A stretch of 64,000 nucleotides of DNA from a virus (lineage: Duplodnaviria; Caudoviricetes). Of this stretch, positions 37,955 through 48,622 are shown piece by piece (position 1 is the first letter of the stretch; each line of letters starts with the position of its first letter). Position numbers and translations under genes: made by a program. Location of the stretch: the IMG/VR virus record IMGVR_UViG_2889436542_000005, positions 509 to 64,508 of that record; one strand, 5' to 3'. The notes under the pieces were generated by a model that was not told the DNA's origin, did not search any database, and saw nothing but the letters and a program-made list of their open reading frames with translations.

Positions 37955-40900
37955 CTATGATTGTGCTAAAAGTCCACCTGGACGAGATTGAACAACGATT
38001 TCTTGCTTCACAATAGCTTTAATTCGATTCGCAAGTTTTGTCATATCGGAAGCATCCTTACTTGCTTGAGTAGCGTCGGTAGAAGAAGACTCTGAAGAAC
38101 TTGTTGTTGATGTGTTATTAACATTTATGACAATGCTAATTTGATTACCACCAGCAGTCTCAGAAACACCGCCGTTATTTCTAAATGAAACAGGGATTGA
38201 ACGACCGTCAGGCAGAGGAACAAATGCTTCTGGCATAGAGCCTTCGCCAAACAAAGCTAATTGTGGAGAATTTGCGACGCCACCAGAGGCATATTTGCGT
38301 AAATCAATTTCTCCGTTCGAGGTCATAATGCCACCATTAGCAAATGAACTTGGTTGCCAACCCCAACTACTAGCATCTGGAACTTTAATTCCCACGCCAG
38401 CTGTACTGCCCATCGAAACGCCTGTAGCTCCAGCTGAACCGTTTGCAAACGCCCCTGAACTCCCGCCAACAGCACCGCCAACAGCGCCAATCACTGAGGT
38501 AATTATTCCTGTGACTGCCTTTGCCGAACTATTTGCAGATAAAGAAGCGATAAACTCAACAATCACATTTGCGGCAGACGAAAAAGCATTCTTAAGCCAT
38601 TCAATTGGGCTTCCACAAAGTTCCATGAACCCATCTGCGAGAGAGGAAATCCCGTTTCCCATCCAAGAAAATATTTCCTTCGTTGAGTTCCAAAGAGAAC
38701 CACATCCTTCAGAAAAAGAAGTGGTAAAGGAATCCCACCAAGTTGATTGCTCCTCTCCACTTGCGGCAGTAACTAGCAACGAAGAGGTGCCGTCGTCAAT
38801 GGACCCTGTATAAGAGGTTTCAACACCATTAGAGTCAACCCCCGTTGTAGCTTTTGATTTATTTTTGCTTAGAATTAAATCTTGAATTGCCTTTCCGCCG
38901 AAAGCCGAATAAAAGCCGTTACCAAGCATGCCGACACCAACGTTGCCAGAATTCTGAAGACTTGCATCTTGTCTATCTGCTTCTTTTGTGTCGCCTAATA
39001 AAGTAGCTATGCCTTTGTTTATCGTTCCGCTAATCATAGAGAGTAACGGGGCAAACGTGCCCTGAAGAATCTGCCTTCTAATAAGAGTCAGAAGCTTATA
39101 AGCGTAGTCCCTCCAAGAATCGAGATTTCCGTCCAGCATTTCTTCAGTCATGTCGATAAATCCCGACATCATTTCTGACTGAATGTTGTCCAAAGCGCTA
39201 GAGAGATCAGTCCATTGTCTGACTAAACTTTGTCCAACCGTTTCATTATCTCTAAGCCACTTTTGGTCAAGCTCAAACATATTTTGATTGAAGACTTCTC
39301 TGGCTTTTACGATATTGTCTTCGATCTTTTTAACGTCTTCGCCTCTCTTTTGGGCTTCTGCTTTTTGATCTTCGAGATTAGCTATTTCGTGTTCAAAATT
39401 ATCCGATTTTTGTTTTTTGTCAGCTTGATATTTTTCCCAACTAGCTTGAGTTGAATTCATGCCATAAGCACGTCTTTCAGCTTCGAGATTCTTGTTTTCA
39501 ATCATTCTCGAAGATGTGCTCTTCATTAACTCTGCACTAGCGGTATTTAGCTTTATTTCATTTGTGATCTTTTTAATTTGTTCATAGATCGGAGACTTGG
39601 GGTCAAGCTGACTAAGAAATTTGGCAACTTCTCTATTTAAAGAAGTGATGGCAGTCGGAAGTTTTTCAACACCACCGTTTGCTACTAATTCAGAAGCGAC
39701 ATCTAAATCCTCTTCGGCTTTTGCAGAACTTTGAGCAAATTTAGAAGCGGCGTTTTCTGCTAATTTAAATTGCTCAGCTAAATATTTCATCTCAGCGAGT
39801 TCGCCAAGAGTCTTTTTAGTTACAGGGTCTTTCTTATTCCAATCAACATTTTCAGCCGACAATCCCTTCTTCTTATCAATAAGATAAGGAGAATCTTGCG
39901 GATTCTTATTACTTAAAGAAAGACCTCCGTTAAGAAGTTTCTGCAAGACAACTGCTCTGGCATAATCCATGCCCTTCTTGCCTTGTCCCGCCAGCAGAGA
40001 CAATGTATTGGCTTTACCTTCTTCAATCTGAGCTTGAAGAGTATTTAAGAACTTAACATTCTGAGGAACGTAATAAGACGGCGGAGTGCCTTTGTCTTTG
40101 GGAGTAGCTAAGTCTGTAAATGGGGACTCTTTATAAGCCTTCTTCCCATTTTTGTCTAAAACAATATGCGGATTATCAGCAAAAAATAACTTACTAGTAT
40201 CGACAACAATTGAACCGCCACCATTTTTAATACTTTCTTGAAGCGTTCCGTCAACACGTATTTCAGTGCCGATCTTATCGCTCTCCAAAGAAGTCAAACC
40301 TGTCTTTAGAAGCTGTCTGCTCACCAGTTCGCTCAAAAGCTCAGAAAATGCATATAAAGCTTTCTCGTTGTCTTTTACTGTTTTAGTAAGCTCGGTAAAC
40401 GCTTCATATTCTTCCTTGGTTGCTTCAACAATCAGGGCATCTACACGAGCCAGCTCAGCCTTTTTCTTCTCTTTTTGTTCGTCTGTTTCGGCATTGAACT
40501 TAAGAACCTTTTCTCGATAATCAAGAAGGTTTTTGTACTCGTATTCTTTGTCATTGCCTGCGGGATTAAAGAAGGAGGAGCGAATTGTCCCGTTAAGAAG
40601 GTTGTCTACCGCCTTCTGATTTTTAGCGACATAGTTGGAAAACATATCGCCAAGTTTTTCACCTAGTTCAAAATTAGCGGTCTTTTCAAACTGAACATAG
40701 CCATCTTTATCTTCTTTGACGTACTTCCAGTTTGCTTTACCGTTAGCTTGAGCAATTTCTGTCTTCAGGTCGTAATTGGAGCGTTCAAGTTTCCCAAGAG
40801 CATCTATTAACTCCTTGAGCACGGTCTGTTGGTTGATGTCTTGAATGTTAAAGTCTTCACGCAGAAAACCCTTCTTCGTCAAAAGATCAACAATATCCTG

Positions 40901-43900
40901 TACTGACTCGTTATTTGCTCCAATATAGCTAGTCTGAGGATCGTCCCCCGTCAAACCAACTGCTGAAACGCTTTCTCCGTTCTTGACCTTAGTTCTTAGC
41001 GCTTCGGTAAATTCGCCACCGTAGTATGCCCCGATTAAATTCTTTGTATTTTCAATAAGGTCAACGGTTTCATGCTGTTTCTGAGTTGCTTTGTTGGCCT
41101 TATCTTGCTCTTCCTGGAAAATGCTATGAGCTTTCCATTTGGCTTTCAGCTTATCCAGCTTTTCTTCAATAATATTGCCGATACGCTTTGATTCGCCATC
41201 GATTTTTACTTCAATGTCGGCAAACCAAGAAGCAACAATAGAACCTAAGTCAAAAGCTAATAAGGCAGTGCCAACCATCGGCAACATTCTCAAGAACAAG
41301 CCGCCAATTTTGGTAACGATTTTAGATACAGAAGTGTAAAGCTTGAAAATACGACCGTTTACCTTAGAACAAAAGGCGTCTATTTCTTGATATGCAGTTG
41401 GAATTTGAGAGTTGAAATATCTCTTTGATTCGATTTCGGGAGAAATTGGACCAAAGTTTGAGGTCACTCCCCAACTTCTGTCCATAGCTTTACGCCAATT
41501 CTTTTTTTGTTCTTGCTCTTGAAGACTTTTCAGCTCCATTTTGCCCCTTGCAACGTTATTTAAACGTTGAAAGGCCATCGCAACCATGCCAATTGCAGGA
41601 GCAAGAGCTACTGTGGCCGCTAACATGCCGTTCAGACTTGTTAATAGCGGGTGACTTTCGTTAAATTCAGCGATCTCAGTAATGAACTTAGAAACAGAAC
41701 GAGTAAGGTCTGCAAAGTCTGCAACGATCGGCTTCATCGACTCTCCGAGTCTTGTCATTGCGACTGTAAACTCTTGCGAAGCGACGTTCCAGTTTCCTTT
41801 TGCGTACTGTTGCTGAAACCACTCCATTGGGTCCATCTGTTTTTGAGCAGATTCAATTGTGTAGCCAGAACGCTTCAGAAAGAATGGGTTCATAAAGGTT
41901 GCCATAGCCGTTGTGGTACGGTGTTGGAAACCCATCTGAGCAATTAAAGATGTAATCGCTTTCTGTTCGTCTAATACATTGACGTTCTTTAGAGTTTTGT
42001 TTTTACTGTCAATCTGATCGTCACGATAGAACTTTCGGGCCTTCTTTTCATCCCACTTACCATTTCTATCAAGATAAGTGCCACGCAAGAACGCTTCACG
42101 CATTGCGCCCATGGTTTTAACAGGGTCGTCCCACATACCCTGCTTATCTTTAAAACCTGCTTTGGCAATTTCCTTATCAGCGCCGCCCAGAATCTCCATT
42201 GTTTGCTGAGCAATGTTTTTCATATTGCTCATGGCCTGAACGAACGTGATGCCGCCTTGAGTTGCTCCTCCGTCAACTTCCATGTCCATTAGGCGAGACA
42301 ACTTCCCATCTGGCGTAATGTTAAATAGCTCAGACATCATCTTCTTGGCAGAGATAGATGTTGGTTTGCCCGAAGCTGTTAACTGCAACATCTTAATCAA
42401 GTTACCAACTGTGGAAATGCCTGCGCCCGCACCACCGCCACCGCCATGACCAGCGACTTTAATCTGTTCAGCAAAAGCAACGAGGTTTAATAAACCTTGG
42501 TCGCTCATCAGCGGAGCGCCTGGACCTAGGTTACGAAGAATCGTTTCAAAGTCTTTAACCGTGACCTTACCGCCCGTAACGTTCTCAACCTGCCAAAGTG
42601 TTTTGAACGTTTTTAACATGGCCGAAGGGTCAAGAGTCTGCTGTCTCGCTTCAACAACACCGAAGTAGTTTTTGATGATGTTGGCAATTGTGTCATTTGA
42701 ATAACCAAGCATCTTGCTACCCTGAGCATATTTCACTGCTTCAGGAAGAACCATCTTCAATGAGTCAGGGTCAAAATGACCCATTGAAGTCATGCCAGCA
42801 AGAGTTGCGTCAATAGCTTCTGCTCTGGACAACAAAGGCGAAGATTTAAGAATTCTGTCGGCAATAACATCAAACTGTCTTCTGTCTTTTGTATTTAAGT
42901 TCCAAGTGTCAACTTGGGACTCCATTTTTTGAAGTTTTGCTACAGAATCAAAAGAGCCTCTAAGAACTCTATCTCCGAGAAAAGCTCCACCGCCATACAT
43001 CAGCAAATCAGACAAGCCATGATGAATGTCGCGTTGCAGATAGTAGCGCTGACGCTCTAACAGTCTCAGCTGTTTTTCCTGCTCTTTAGTTTTGAGCTGT
43101 TGGTCACGCAACTCCTGTCTTTGCTCTTTTGCTAGTTTTTTTTGGCTTATCTCAGCTTGCTTTTGTAATCTGACGCTCTGCTTTTGATTGTCTAAAAGAA
43201 TAGCGCTTGTAAGAGCGAAACCTTTTGCCGCTTCTTCGTTTTTAAAACCAAGAATTCCAGACTGTAAGTTTTGGACAGAACCCAGACCTCGAATTTTTTC
43301 TTCGATTTTCTTGCTGAGCGGGGTATAAGGCTTGCCAGCTTTCTTATTTTCCTCAACAAGTCTTGCTTGAGCAATTTCCTGTTCAGAAAGGTACCGAACC
43401 CCAAAATGTTTCGCCAATAGGCGTCCAACTTGATATTCGTTGGACTTTTTTATATTGTCGATGTAGGCAGTTTCGGTTGCAAGCTGTCTCTGATTAGCTA
43501 ACAGTCTCTTTTCGAGTTTTTGATAATCGGCTCGATTAGCATATTTGGGCGTTACAGAGCGAATTTTGTTGATGGCTTCTTGATCTTGTCTAATTTCAGC
43601 CATCAGCTTCTTACGCTCTTTTTCTTTCTTTTGAATGTCGTCGAAGAGCTGTAATTGAGCTAACTGTTGCTGTCTCTGCTTCTTATACTCAGTAGTAACC
43701 CCTTTGGCTTTTGCTAATATTTCTGCGCTTTGCCCAGCAAAACTAGCGTATCCCCCTTTCAGACTGTCAACAAGCTCTTTCATTCTTGCGAGCGACTTAT
43801 CGTCGTCCATTCGCAGAAGAGATTTTTTAGCACCGCCCTTTAGGTATGGGTTTGTCTTTCGGCCATGAGCGTAAACAACTTGAAGATTTTGAACAGTTGT

Positions 43901-44143
43901 ATCTAATGTCCCCTCTCGGACATTCTCAAACTCTTTCTTGATTCTTTTTGCCGACGCTTCAACTTGCTTAGCTGTCTTACTAAAATGCGAGCTCAAGTTG
44001 TCTGCCGCTTCTTGTCCAGCCTTTTGAACCTTTTTAAACTCGTCTGTTAGTTCAGCAACTTTCTGTTTGGAGCTTTTGGTTTCGTTTTTAAATTGCGAAG
44101 CGTCAAGTCCAAGAGAAATTGTCAGAGAATCAATTTGCGCCAT
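37955..44143 (-). CDS. Tape measure protein
   Basis: 2062 aa helical, between the chaperones and M; FANGG/YASGG...GEG..PEAFVPL near the C-terminus. Confidence 0.93.
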   Translation of the reverse strand: MAQIDSLTISLGLDASQFKNETKSSKQKVAELTDEFKKVQKAGQEAADNLSSHFSKTAKQVEASAKRIKKEFENVREGTLDTTVQNLQVVYAHGRKTNPYLKGGAKKSLLRMDDDKSLARMKELVDSLKGGYASFAGQSAEILAKAKGVTTEYKKQRQQQLAQLQLFDDIQKKEKERKKLMAEIRQDQEAINKIRSVTPKYANRADYQKLEKRLLANQRQLATETAYIDNIKKSNEYQVGRLLAKHFGVRYLSEQEIAQARLVEENKKAGKPYTPLSKKIEEKIRGLGSVQNLQSGILGFKNEEAAKGFALTSAILLDNQKQSVRLQKQAEISQKKLAKEQRQELRDQQLKTKEQEKQLRLLERQRYYLQRDIHHGLSDLLMYGGGAFLGDRVLRGSFDSVAKLQKMESQVDTWNLNTKDRRQFDVIADRILKSSPLLSRAEAIDATLAGMTSMGHFDPDSLKMVLPEAVKYAQGSKMLGYSNDTIANIIKNYFGVVEARQQTLDPSAMLKTFKTLWQVENVTGGKVTVKDFETILRNLGPGAPLMSDQGLLNLVAFAEQIKVAGHGGGGGAGAGISTVGNLIKMLQLTASGKPTSISAKKMMSELFNITPDGKLSRLMDMEVDGGATQGGITFVQAMSNMKNIAQQTMEILGGADKEIAKAGFKDKQGMWDDPVKTMGAMREAFLRGTYLDRNGKWDEKKARKFYRDDQIDSKNKTLKNVNVLDEQKAITSLIAQMGFQHRTTTAMATFMNPFFLKRSGYTIESAQKQMDPMEWFQQQYAKGNWNVASQEFTVAMTRLGESMKPIVADFADLTRSVSKFITEIAEFNESHPLLTSLNGMLAATVALAPAIGMVAMAFQRLNNVARGKMELKSLQEQEQKKNWRKAMDRSWGVTSNFGPISPEIESKRYFNSQIPTAYQEIDAFCSKVNGRIFKLYTSVSKIVTKIGGLFLRMLPMVGTALLAFDLGSIVASWFADIEVKIDGESKRIGNIIEEKLDKLKAKWKAHSIFQEEQDKANKATQKQHETVDLIENTKNLIGAYYGGEFTEALRTKVKNGESVSAVGLTGDDPQTSYIGANNESVQDIVDLLTKKGFLREDFNIQDINQQTVLKELIDALGKLERSNYDLKTEIAQANGKANWKYVKEDKDGYVQFEKTANFELGEKLGDMFSNYVAKNQKAVDNLLNGTIRSSFFNPAGNDKEYEYKNLLDYREKVLKFNAETDEQKEKKKAELARVDALIVEATKEEYEAFTELTKTVKDNEKALYAFSELLSELVSRQLLKTGLTSLESDKIGTEIRVDGTLQESIKNGGGSIVVDTSKLFFADNPHIVLDKNGKKAYKESPFTDLATPKDKGTPPSYYVPQNVKFLNTLQAQIEEGKANTLSLLAGQGKKGMDYARAVVLQKLLNGGLSLSNKNPQDSPYLIDKKKGLSAENVDWNKKDPVTKKTLGELAEMKYLAEQFKLAENAASKFAQSSAKAEEDLDVASELVANGGVEKLPTAITSLNREVAKFLSQLDPKSPIYEQIKKITNEIKLNTASAELMKSTSSRMIENKNLEAERRAYGMNSTQASWEKYQADKKQKSDNFEHEIANLEDQKAEAQKRGEDVKKIEDNIVKAREVFNQNMFELDQKWLRDNETVGQSLVRQWTDLSSALDNIQSEMMSGFIDMTEEMLDGNLDSWRDYAYKLLTLIRRQILQGTFAPLLSMISGTINKGIATLLGDTKEADRQDASLQNSGNVGVGMLGNGFYSAFGGKAIQDLILSKNKSKATTGVDSNGVETSYTGSIDDGTSSLLVTAASGEEQSTWWDSFTTSFSEGCGSLWNSTKEIFSWMGNGISSLADGFMELCGSPIEWLKNAFSSAANVIVEFIASLSANSSAKAVTGIITSVIGAVGGAVGGSSGAFANGSAGATGVSMGSTAGVGIKVPDASSWGWQPSSFANGGIMTSNGEIDLRKYASGGVANSPQLALFGEGSMPEAFVPLPDGRSIPVSFRNNGGVSETAGGNQISIVINVNNTSTTSSSESSSTDATQASKDASDMTKLANRIKAIVKQEIVVQSRPGGLLAQS

Positions 44144-44151
44144 TTGCTCGC

Positions 44152-44520
44152 CTATTTTTTATTATTTTTGTTTTGTCTGCGAATAGTGCGTTTCAAGTCA
44201 TCAATCTGATTACGATTCAAACGCTCACTCATTGGGTCAATTTTTACTTTTTGAACTTCACCAATTTGAAGCACGAGGCTATCCCTTAATTGCTTGACCC
44301 CTTCTCCTCCTGCCATGCCCGTTGCCACCGCAACATGCTGAATGCTCAAACTCCGAACATCAAAAGAGGCTTGAATTCTTTCGATATTTGAAACTAGCGT
44401 CCAAAAAAAACGAATCGGCAAGGAAAGCAATTCCTTATAGCCGATTCCATAGAAGTGCATCACCCGACAAAAGAAGTATCCGAAATCGATACTTTCAATT
44501 GTCGGTGTTGTTACTTTCCC
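44152..44520 (-). CDS. Tail chaperone T part, expressed by -1 frameshift (GT)
   Basis: The -1 frame from GGGAAAG is open: GKVTTPTIESIDFGYFFCRVMHFYG... Confidence 0.85.
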   Translation of the reverse strand, partial: GKVTTPTIESIDFGYFFCRVMHFYGIGYKELLSLPIRFFWTLVSNIERIQASFDVRSLSIQHVAVATGMAGGEGVKQLRDSLVLQIGEVQKVKIDPMSERLNRNQIDDLKRTIRRQNKNNKK

Positions 44521-44861
44521 GCTTCAGTCGTACCTTCTTTTGCTTCGGCCTCAACCTTTTCATCTTCGGTCGATTCTTCGTCAGCGTCGTTTCTAATAAA
44601 ACGAATGATTGTTCCTAACTGGACAGCTGATGCTTGCAACAGAACTTCTTCGGAAATGTCGGGAATAAACTTTCTAATTAAAGCAATCATTGCTCCAATC
44701 TGTTCTTGAACCGTGTCAATATTTGCAGTCTGTTTTTCAAACTCGGCGATTTCTAAGAAAAGCTGCACGCTAGTTGCTTTTACAGCATATTTTTTTCTAT
44801 TCAGAATGATCTCTTTTTTTACAAGAGGAGCAATTGTGTCAATGTTTAAAAGTTTTGTCAT
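44511..44861 (-). CDS. Tail assembly chaperone G
   Basis: 116 aa between tail tube and tape measure, ending at the slippery site. Confidence 0.85.
   Translation of the reverse strand: MTKLLNIDTIAPLVKKEIILNRKKYAVKATSVQLFLEIAEFEKQTANIDTVQEQIGAMIALIRKFIPDISEEVLLQASAVQLGTIIRFIRNDADEESTEDEKVEAEAKEGTTEAGK
44514..44520 (-). other. Programmed -1 frameshift site GGGAAAG
   Basis: GCG GGA AAG TAA at the end of G; same heptamer as lambda G/GT. Confidence 0.88.
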
Positions 44862-44937
44862 TGTTTTTGAAAAGGTGAGATTAAGAAAATGCGCAGATTG
44901 CCCTTTTCTTTCTTATTATCGCAATCCGCACATAACA

Positions 44938-45468
44938 CTATGCAGTGGCAGTAATATCTCCCATGGCAAATAACCTGCCTCTGTCATCGGTATAACCTTT
45001 GAACGTGACGGGAAAAATCTTTTCCTCATCATGTTTGTAGCTAAATTCAACAGTGCCCGAAGTTGCACACTTGTACAGAACAAAATCGTCCTCTCTTTCC
45101 CATGTTTCGTTTGTTACGGGATGCAGAACTAATTCTTTTGCAATGTCCAACATGCTTGTGCCTGATGCCGTAGGGACTTCAATTCTTCTTTTTGAGGTAT
45201 CTTCAAGATCAACTACCAAAGAAGCGCCAGGCATAATCTGAATGGCATTCTCCAGAGTTGTTTCTGCAAGAGGGACTGTTACTTGAACTCTTCGAGATGT
45301 AATGAAATCGTTGACTGGCGTGTCACCGTATTGATCGACATTTACCTCGTGTGTTTCAGTAGTGATAGAAACATCCACACCGCCCTTGGTATATCCCAAG
45401 TCAACGCCTCCGAACATTACTCGACAAACGCCTAACTTGATGTTTCTTACATCAGATGAACCAGCCAT
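44938..45468 (-). CDS. Tail tube protein paralogue 2 (short)
   Basis: KLGVCRV...DLGYTKGGVDVSI.TETHEV..DQ.G.TP...VTVPLAETTLEN shared with 46138..47163. Confidence 0.85.
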   Translation of the reverse strand: MAGSSDVRNIKLGVCRVMFGGVDLGYTKGGVDVSITTETHEVNVDQYGDTPVNDFITSRRVQVTVPLAETTLENAIQIMPGASLVVDLEDTSKRRIEVPTASGTSMLDIAKELVLHPVTNETWEREDDFVLYKCATSGTVEFSYKHDEEKIFPVTFKGYTDDRGRLFAMGDITATA

Positions 45469-45492
45469 TATTGTTATTATGTAAAGCTATTT

Positions 45493-45538
45493 TAAGTAAA
45501 TGATTACTTATTTTAATGGATAAAAGGGTGATTGTCAA
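45493..45538 (-). promoter_or_regulatory. Sigma70-type promoter with operator copy 4
   Basis: TTGACA (45538-45533)-N17-TAAAAT (45515-45510) overlapping the perfect palindrome at 45493-45510. Confidence 0.85.
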
Positions 45539-46135
45539 CTAAAAGCGTTTCTGCTTTTTCATAATGACAAATCTCTCAATGGTTTTTTCAATGGCTTCGA
45601 CAACACGTCTTTTGATTAGACCGCTCTCGTTAACCTCTTCCATCGCCCGATACATAAAAGCGCCACCGACATCGATACCACTGGATGCTTGCTTGGCCAG
45701 AGATTTAGGACCTAAACCCCAGAGCTTATTTGTGCCAGGCATTGGCCATTTTTCAGTTGTTCCCCATGGCAGATACTCATGCACAAGCATTGCGTAGTCG
45801 CCCACTCTTTTGTTTCCTGCCATGGCATTGATATCAACGCCGATAGTCCAGGCATTTTTATTAAATCTGCTTTTCGAATCTCGGCCTTGTTTGCCATAAG
45901 CACCCTGACCAACAGACTGAAAAGTAATGGCGTCTTCAAGATTGTATTCATCTACTGGCGCCATTCTTTTAGCCATCTTTGCAACTTTCTTGGCTTCGCT
46001 TTCAAGTTGTGCACGAGCAGTGCGAGTCGTGTCGCTTTCGAGACGCTCTATTGTTAAATACAAAGACTCCCAACCCTTCTGATTTTTATAGGGATTGCTT
46101 CCTCTACTGCCAGTATATTTAGGAGCCTTTGCCAT
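45539..46135 (-). CDS. Tail completion protein (HK97 gp10-like)
   Basis: AKRMAPVD..NL...I, YAMLVHE, FMYRA. Confidence 0.75.
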   Translation of the reverse strand: MAKAPKYTGSRGSNPYKNQKGWESLYLTIERLESDTTRTARAQLESEAKKVAKMAKRMAPVDEYNLEDAITFQSVGQGAYGKQGRDSKSRFNKNAWTIGVDINAMAGNKRVGDYAMLVHEYLPWGTTEKWPMPGTNKLWGLGPKSLAKQASSGIDVGGAFMYRAMEEVNESGLIKRRVVEAIEKTIERFVIMKKQKRF

Positions 46136-46137
46136 AC

Positions 46138-47163
46138 TTAAGCGTTAACAACCTTTGAAGTGTCAATGACGTAATACGTCAAATCACCTTCATCTTCGCC
46201 GCCCTTAGTCCACTGAAGCTGAATAACAACGTCCGCCATACCGTTTTCAGTATGATCGACGTACATTGTGAAGCCCTGTTCACCGTTGTAAACGTTGTCT
46301 TCAAGGGCATTTACGCCACCAAGTGTCGCTTTAGCCCCCTTAGCATACTTAAAGCCATCTACTCCGTCAGGAGCAACCAGCGCAAATCCAACCCAGTGAC
46401 CGAGTCTGTTCTGACCGTTTTCATGATTGACTAGATCATTAGCGGTAATTTCAACTTTAACCTGCTTGCCGCCATCACTCTTAGCACTCACTGCATAGTC
46501 AGTACAAAGGTTTTCATCCGCTACTGTTTCAGAAGCATCGTGAAGAATAGCGGCAAAAACATTATTGACAGGTGTTGTGTAAGTGGCGGCAGGGTTAAAA
46601 TTTTCAGAGCCCTCATCAGGAGGAGTCTGACCGCTGGCCATAGCGGTAACATCGCCCATTGCAAAGAGCTTACCTTCTTCATCAGGATAAGCTTTAAATG
46701 TGCAAGAGAAGATGCGTTCTTCGTCAAGGTTGTAGCTGTAATCCATCTGGCCAGGAGTAGCGGCACGATAGATGATTAAATCATCTTCACGATTGTCGTC
46801 TGCGTTTGCAATTGGATGCAGACGAAGTCTCTGAGCATAATCCATCAGAGAAAGACCTGTGCCAGTCGGCACATCAACGTAGCGCTTAGTTGTGTCTTCA
46901 GCGTCAGTTAAAAGCTGAGCACCAGGCATAATTTTGACTGCGTTTTCCAGAGTTGTTTCCGCCAGAGGGACTGTCACTTCTGCGGTACGAGCCGTGATGT
47001 ATTCGTTAATTGGTGTATTGCCGAGCTGATCGACGGTTACTTCATGAGTTTCTGTTGCAATAGAAACGTCCACGCCGCCTTTCGTATAGCCCAAGTCTTC
47101 TTCTTTGTCTCCGAAGTAAACACGGCACACGCCAAGTTTTACATTTTTTGTATTACTTGCCAT
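46138..47163 (-). CDS. Major tail tube protein with C-terminal extension
   Basis: Tube domain plus about 150-aa beta-rich extension. Confidence 0.85.
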   Translation of the reverse strand: MASNTKNVKLGVCRVYFGDKEEDLGYTKGGVDVSIATETHEVTVDQLGNTPINEYITARTAEVTVPLAETTLENAVKIMPGAQLLTDAEDTTKRYVDVPTGTGLSLMDYAQRLRLHPIANADDNREDDLIIYRAATPGQMDYSYNLDEERIFSCTFKAYPDEEGKLFAMGDVTAMASGQTPPDEGSENFNPAATYTTPVNNVFAAILHDASETVADENLCTDYAVSAKSDGGKQVKVEITANDLVNHENGQNRLGHWVGFALVAPDGVDGFKYAKGAKATLGGVNALEDNVYNGEQGFTMYVDHTENGMADVVIQLQWTKGGEDEGDLTYYVIDTSKVVNA

Positions 47164-47602
47164 TTTTTCTTCTTTTTATCTTAGTTGTTGAAATAGAGTT
47201 GTTTTCTTCTTCTGAAGAAATTTCGTCATAGATAATTCGCATGTTCACTGAAAATTCACGCAAATTACCGTTTGACAAAGGAAAGACCATCGGCGACGTG
47301 ATAGGTCGGCAGATACGAACGTTCATATTGCCAACCACTGTCGGTTGCTCGATGTACAACGAATCAGTTGCCTTTTGGAGCATCTCTTGTCCAACTGCAT
47401 GATTCGCCGCTCTGACAATGAGACGAAAAGTCGCTTTCATGAAACCTGGAAGCTCATAATCAATCTTATCGCCTGAAATTGATGAACGCAGAACGGTGCC
47501 AGTGGATGAGTCTGAGGGCAAAGTGTCTACAAAAATGTCTTTTGCGCACTTTCCACATCCTTTCTCTTCCATTCTTTCAGCGAGGGCTAAAAAATCAATC
47601 AT
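47153..47602 (-). CDS. Tail terminator-like protein
   Basis: Position before the tube gene; start MIDFLALAE at 47602. Confidence 0.65.
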   Translation of the reverse strand: MIDFLALAERMEEKGCGKCAKDIFVDTLPSDSSTGTVLRSSISGDKIDYELPGFMKATFRLIVRAANHAVGQEMLQKATDSLYIEQPTVVGNMNVRICRPITSPMVFPLSNGNLREFSVNMRIIYDEISSEEENNSISTTKIKRRKNGK

Positions 47603-47957
47603 CGTCTGCTTCGTTCCAAATTTTGCAAAGCGCTTCAGTATGATCGTGTTCGCCACGAATACTAAAGCGAACGTGCAACCCAATAATTTTTAATCGAAGT
47701 CCTTTAAACTCAATCAGATCATCAATGTCAGCCTCGGTATCTTTTTCAAGAATTAACCAATAGTCGGCTGTAATTTCTTGGGCGTTACCTCGTGAAGCTG
47801 AAGAATCTGCTCGCACTGAGGATTTTGTTGAATTCTTTTTTGCTTTGAGAATTGCACAGTTTTCTGTGATTCTTCGCTCGACGTGTTTTTGCCCGTAAAT
47901 GTCCATTGCGCCCATCTTCACAATGATGCAACGTTGATTCGGAACAAAAAGCGTCAT
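47595..47957 (-). CDS. Head closure/stopper-like protein
   Basis: DIYGQ; 120 aa; position in the head-tail block. Confidence 0.65.
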   Translation of the reverse strand: MTLFVPNQRCIIVKMGAMDIYGQKHVERRITENCAILKAKKNSTKSSVRADSSASRGNAQEITADYWLILEKDTEADIDDLIEFKGLRLKIIGLHVRFSIRGEHDHTEALCKIWNEADDD

Positions 47958-48622
47958 TACTTTGCTCCTGCAATCCAGTTATTTGAACCGACATGAAAGA
48001 CAAGTTTACGAATAACGCTGTCTCTATCTTTCAAGTCAGTACGTTTAATTGCGGTCTTTTCAAAAGGGGCAGATGCAAGGTCGACCGTGAACAATTTCGC
48101 TTCTGGATTTTCCTCAACAATCATATCGAGAAACGTCTGATAGGCAAAATCTCTATGGTTGACATAGAAGGCTCGACAAGCGTCAAGTCTTGCCCCTCTT
48201 TTGCTTCTAATCGTCCATTTAATTTCTGTTGATCTTTGCTGAGCTAAAAGCCCGAAACCGCCGTGGGCCTCAAAGAGATGGTAAATATCAAGACTGCCAA
48301 ATTTTAATGCGCTAAGAAACGTCGCTTTATTTGCTTCAAAGAACCTATTTTCCTGCTCATACAGCGTTTCTAAGTCCTTTGCGTCTTCAAATGGATACAG
48401 TAAATCACCTTCAGTTAGCAAATCAAGAGCAACTTGTTTTCTCTGCTCAAATTCGATTTCTGCTTTCTTAATGACGCTTGGAGTAATGGGAACATTCGAG
48501 CCACGAATGCTGAAAATCACCGCCTCAAGTGATTTTAAAAACTGCTCATAAATGTTTGTTTGTCTCTGAGCATACAAATCTGCGTCTTTAGGAAAGTAGA
48601 CACCAAGAATTTTATCTGTCAT
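47957..48622 (-). CDS. Hypothetical morphogenesis protein
   Basis: 221 aa coupled within the head-tail block. Confidence 0.6.
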   Translation of the reverse strand: MTDKILGVYFPKDADLYAQRQTNIYEQFLKSLEAVIFSIRGSNVPITPSVIKKAEIEFEQRKQVALDLLTEGDLLYPFEDAKDLETLYEQENRFFEANKATFLSALKFGSLDIYHLFEAHGGFGLLAQQRSTEIKWTIRSKRGARLDACRAFYVNHRDFAYQTFLDMIVEENPEAKLFTVDLASAPFEKTAIKRTDLKDRDSVIRKLVFHVGSNNWIAGAK

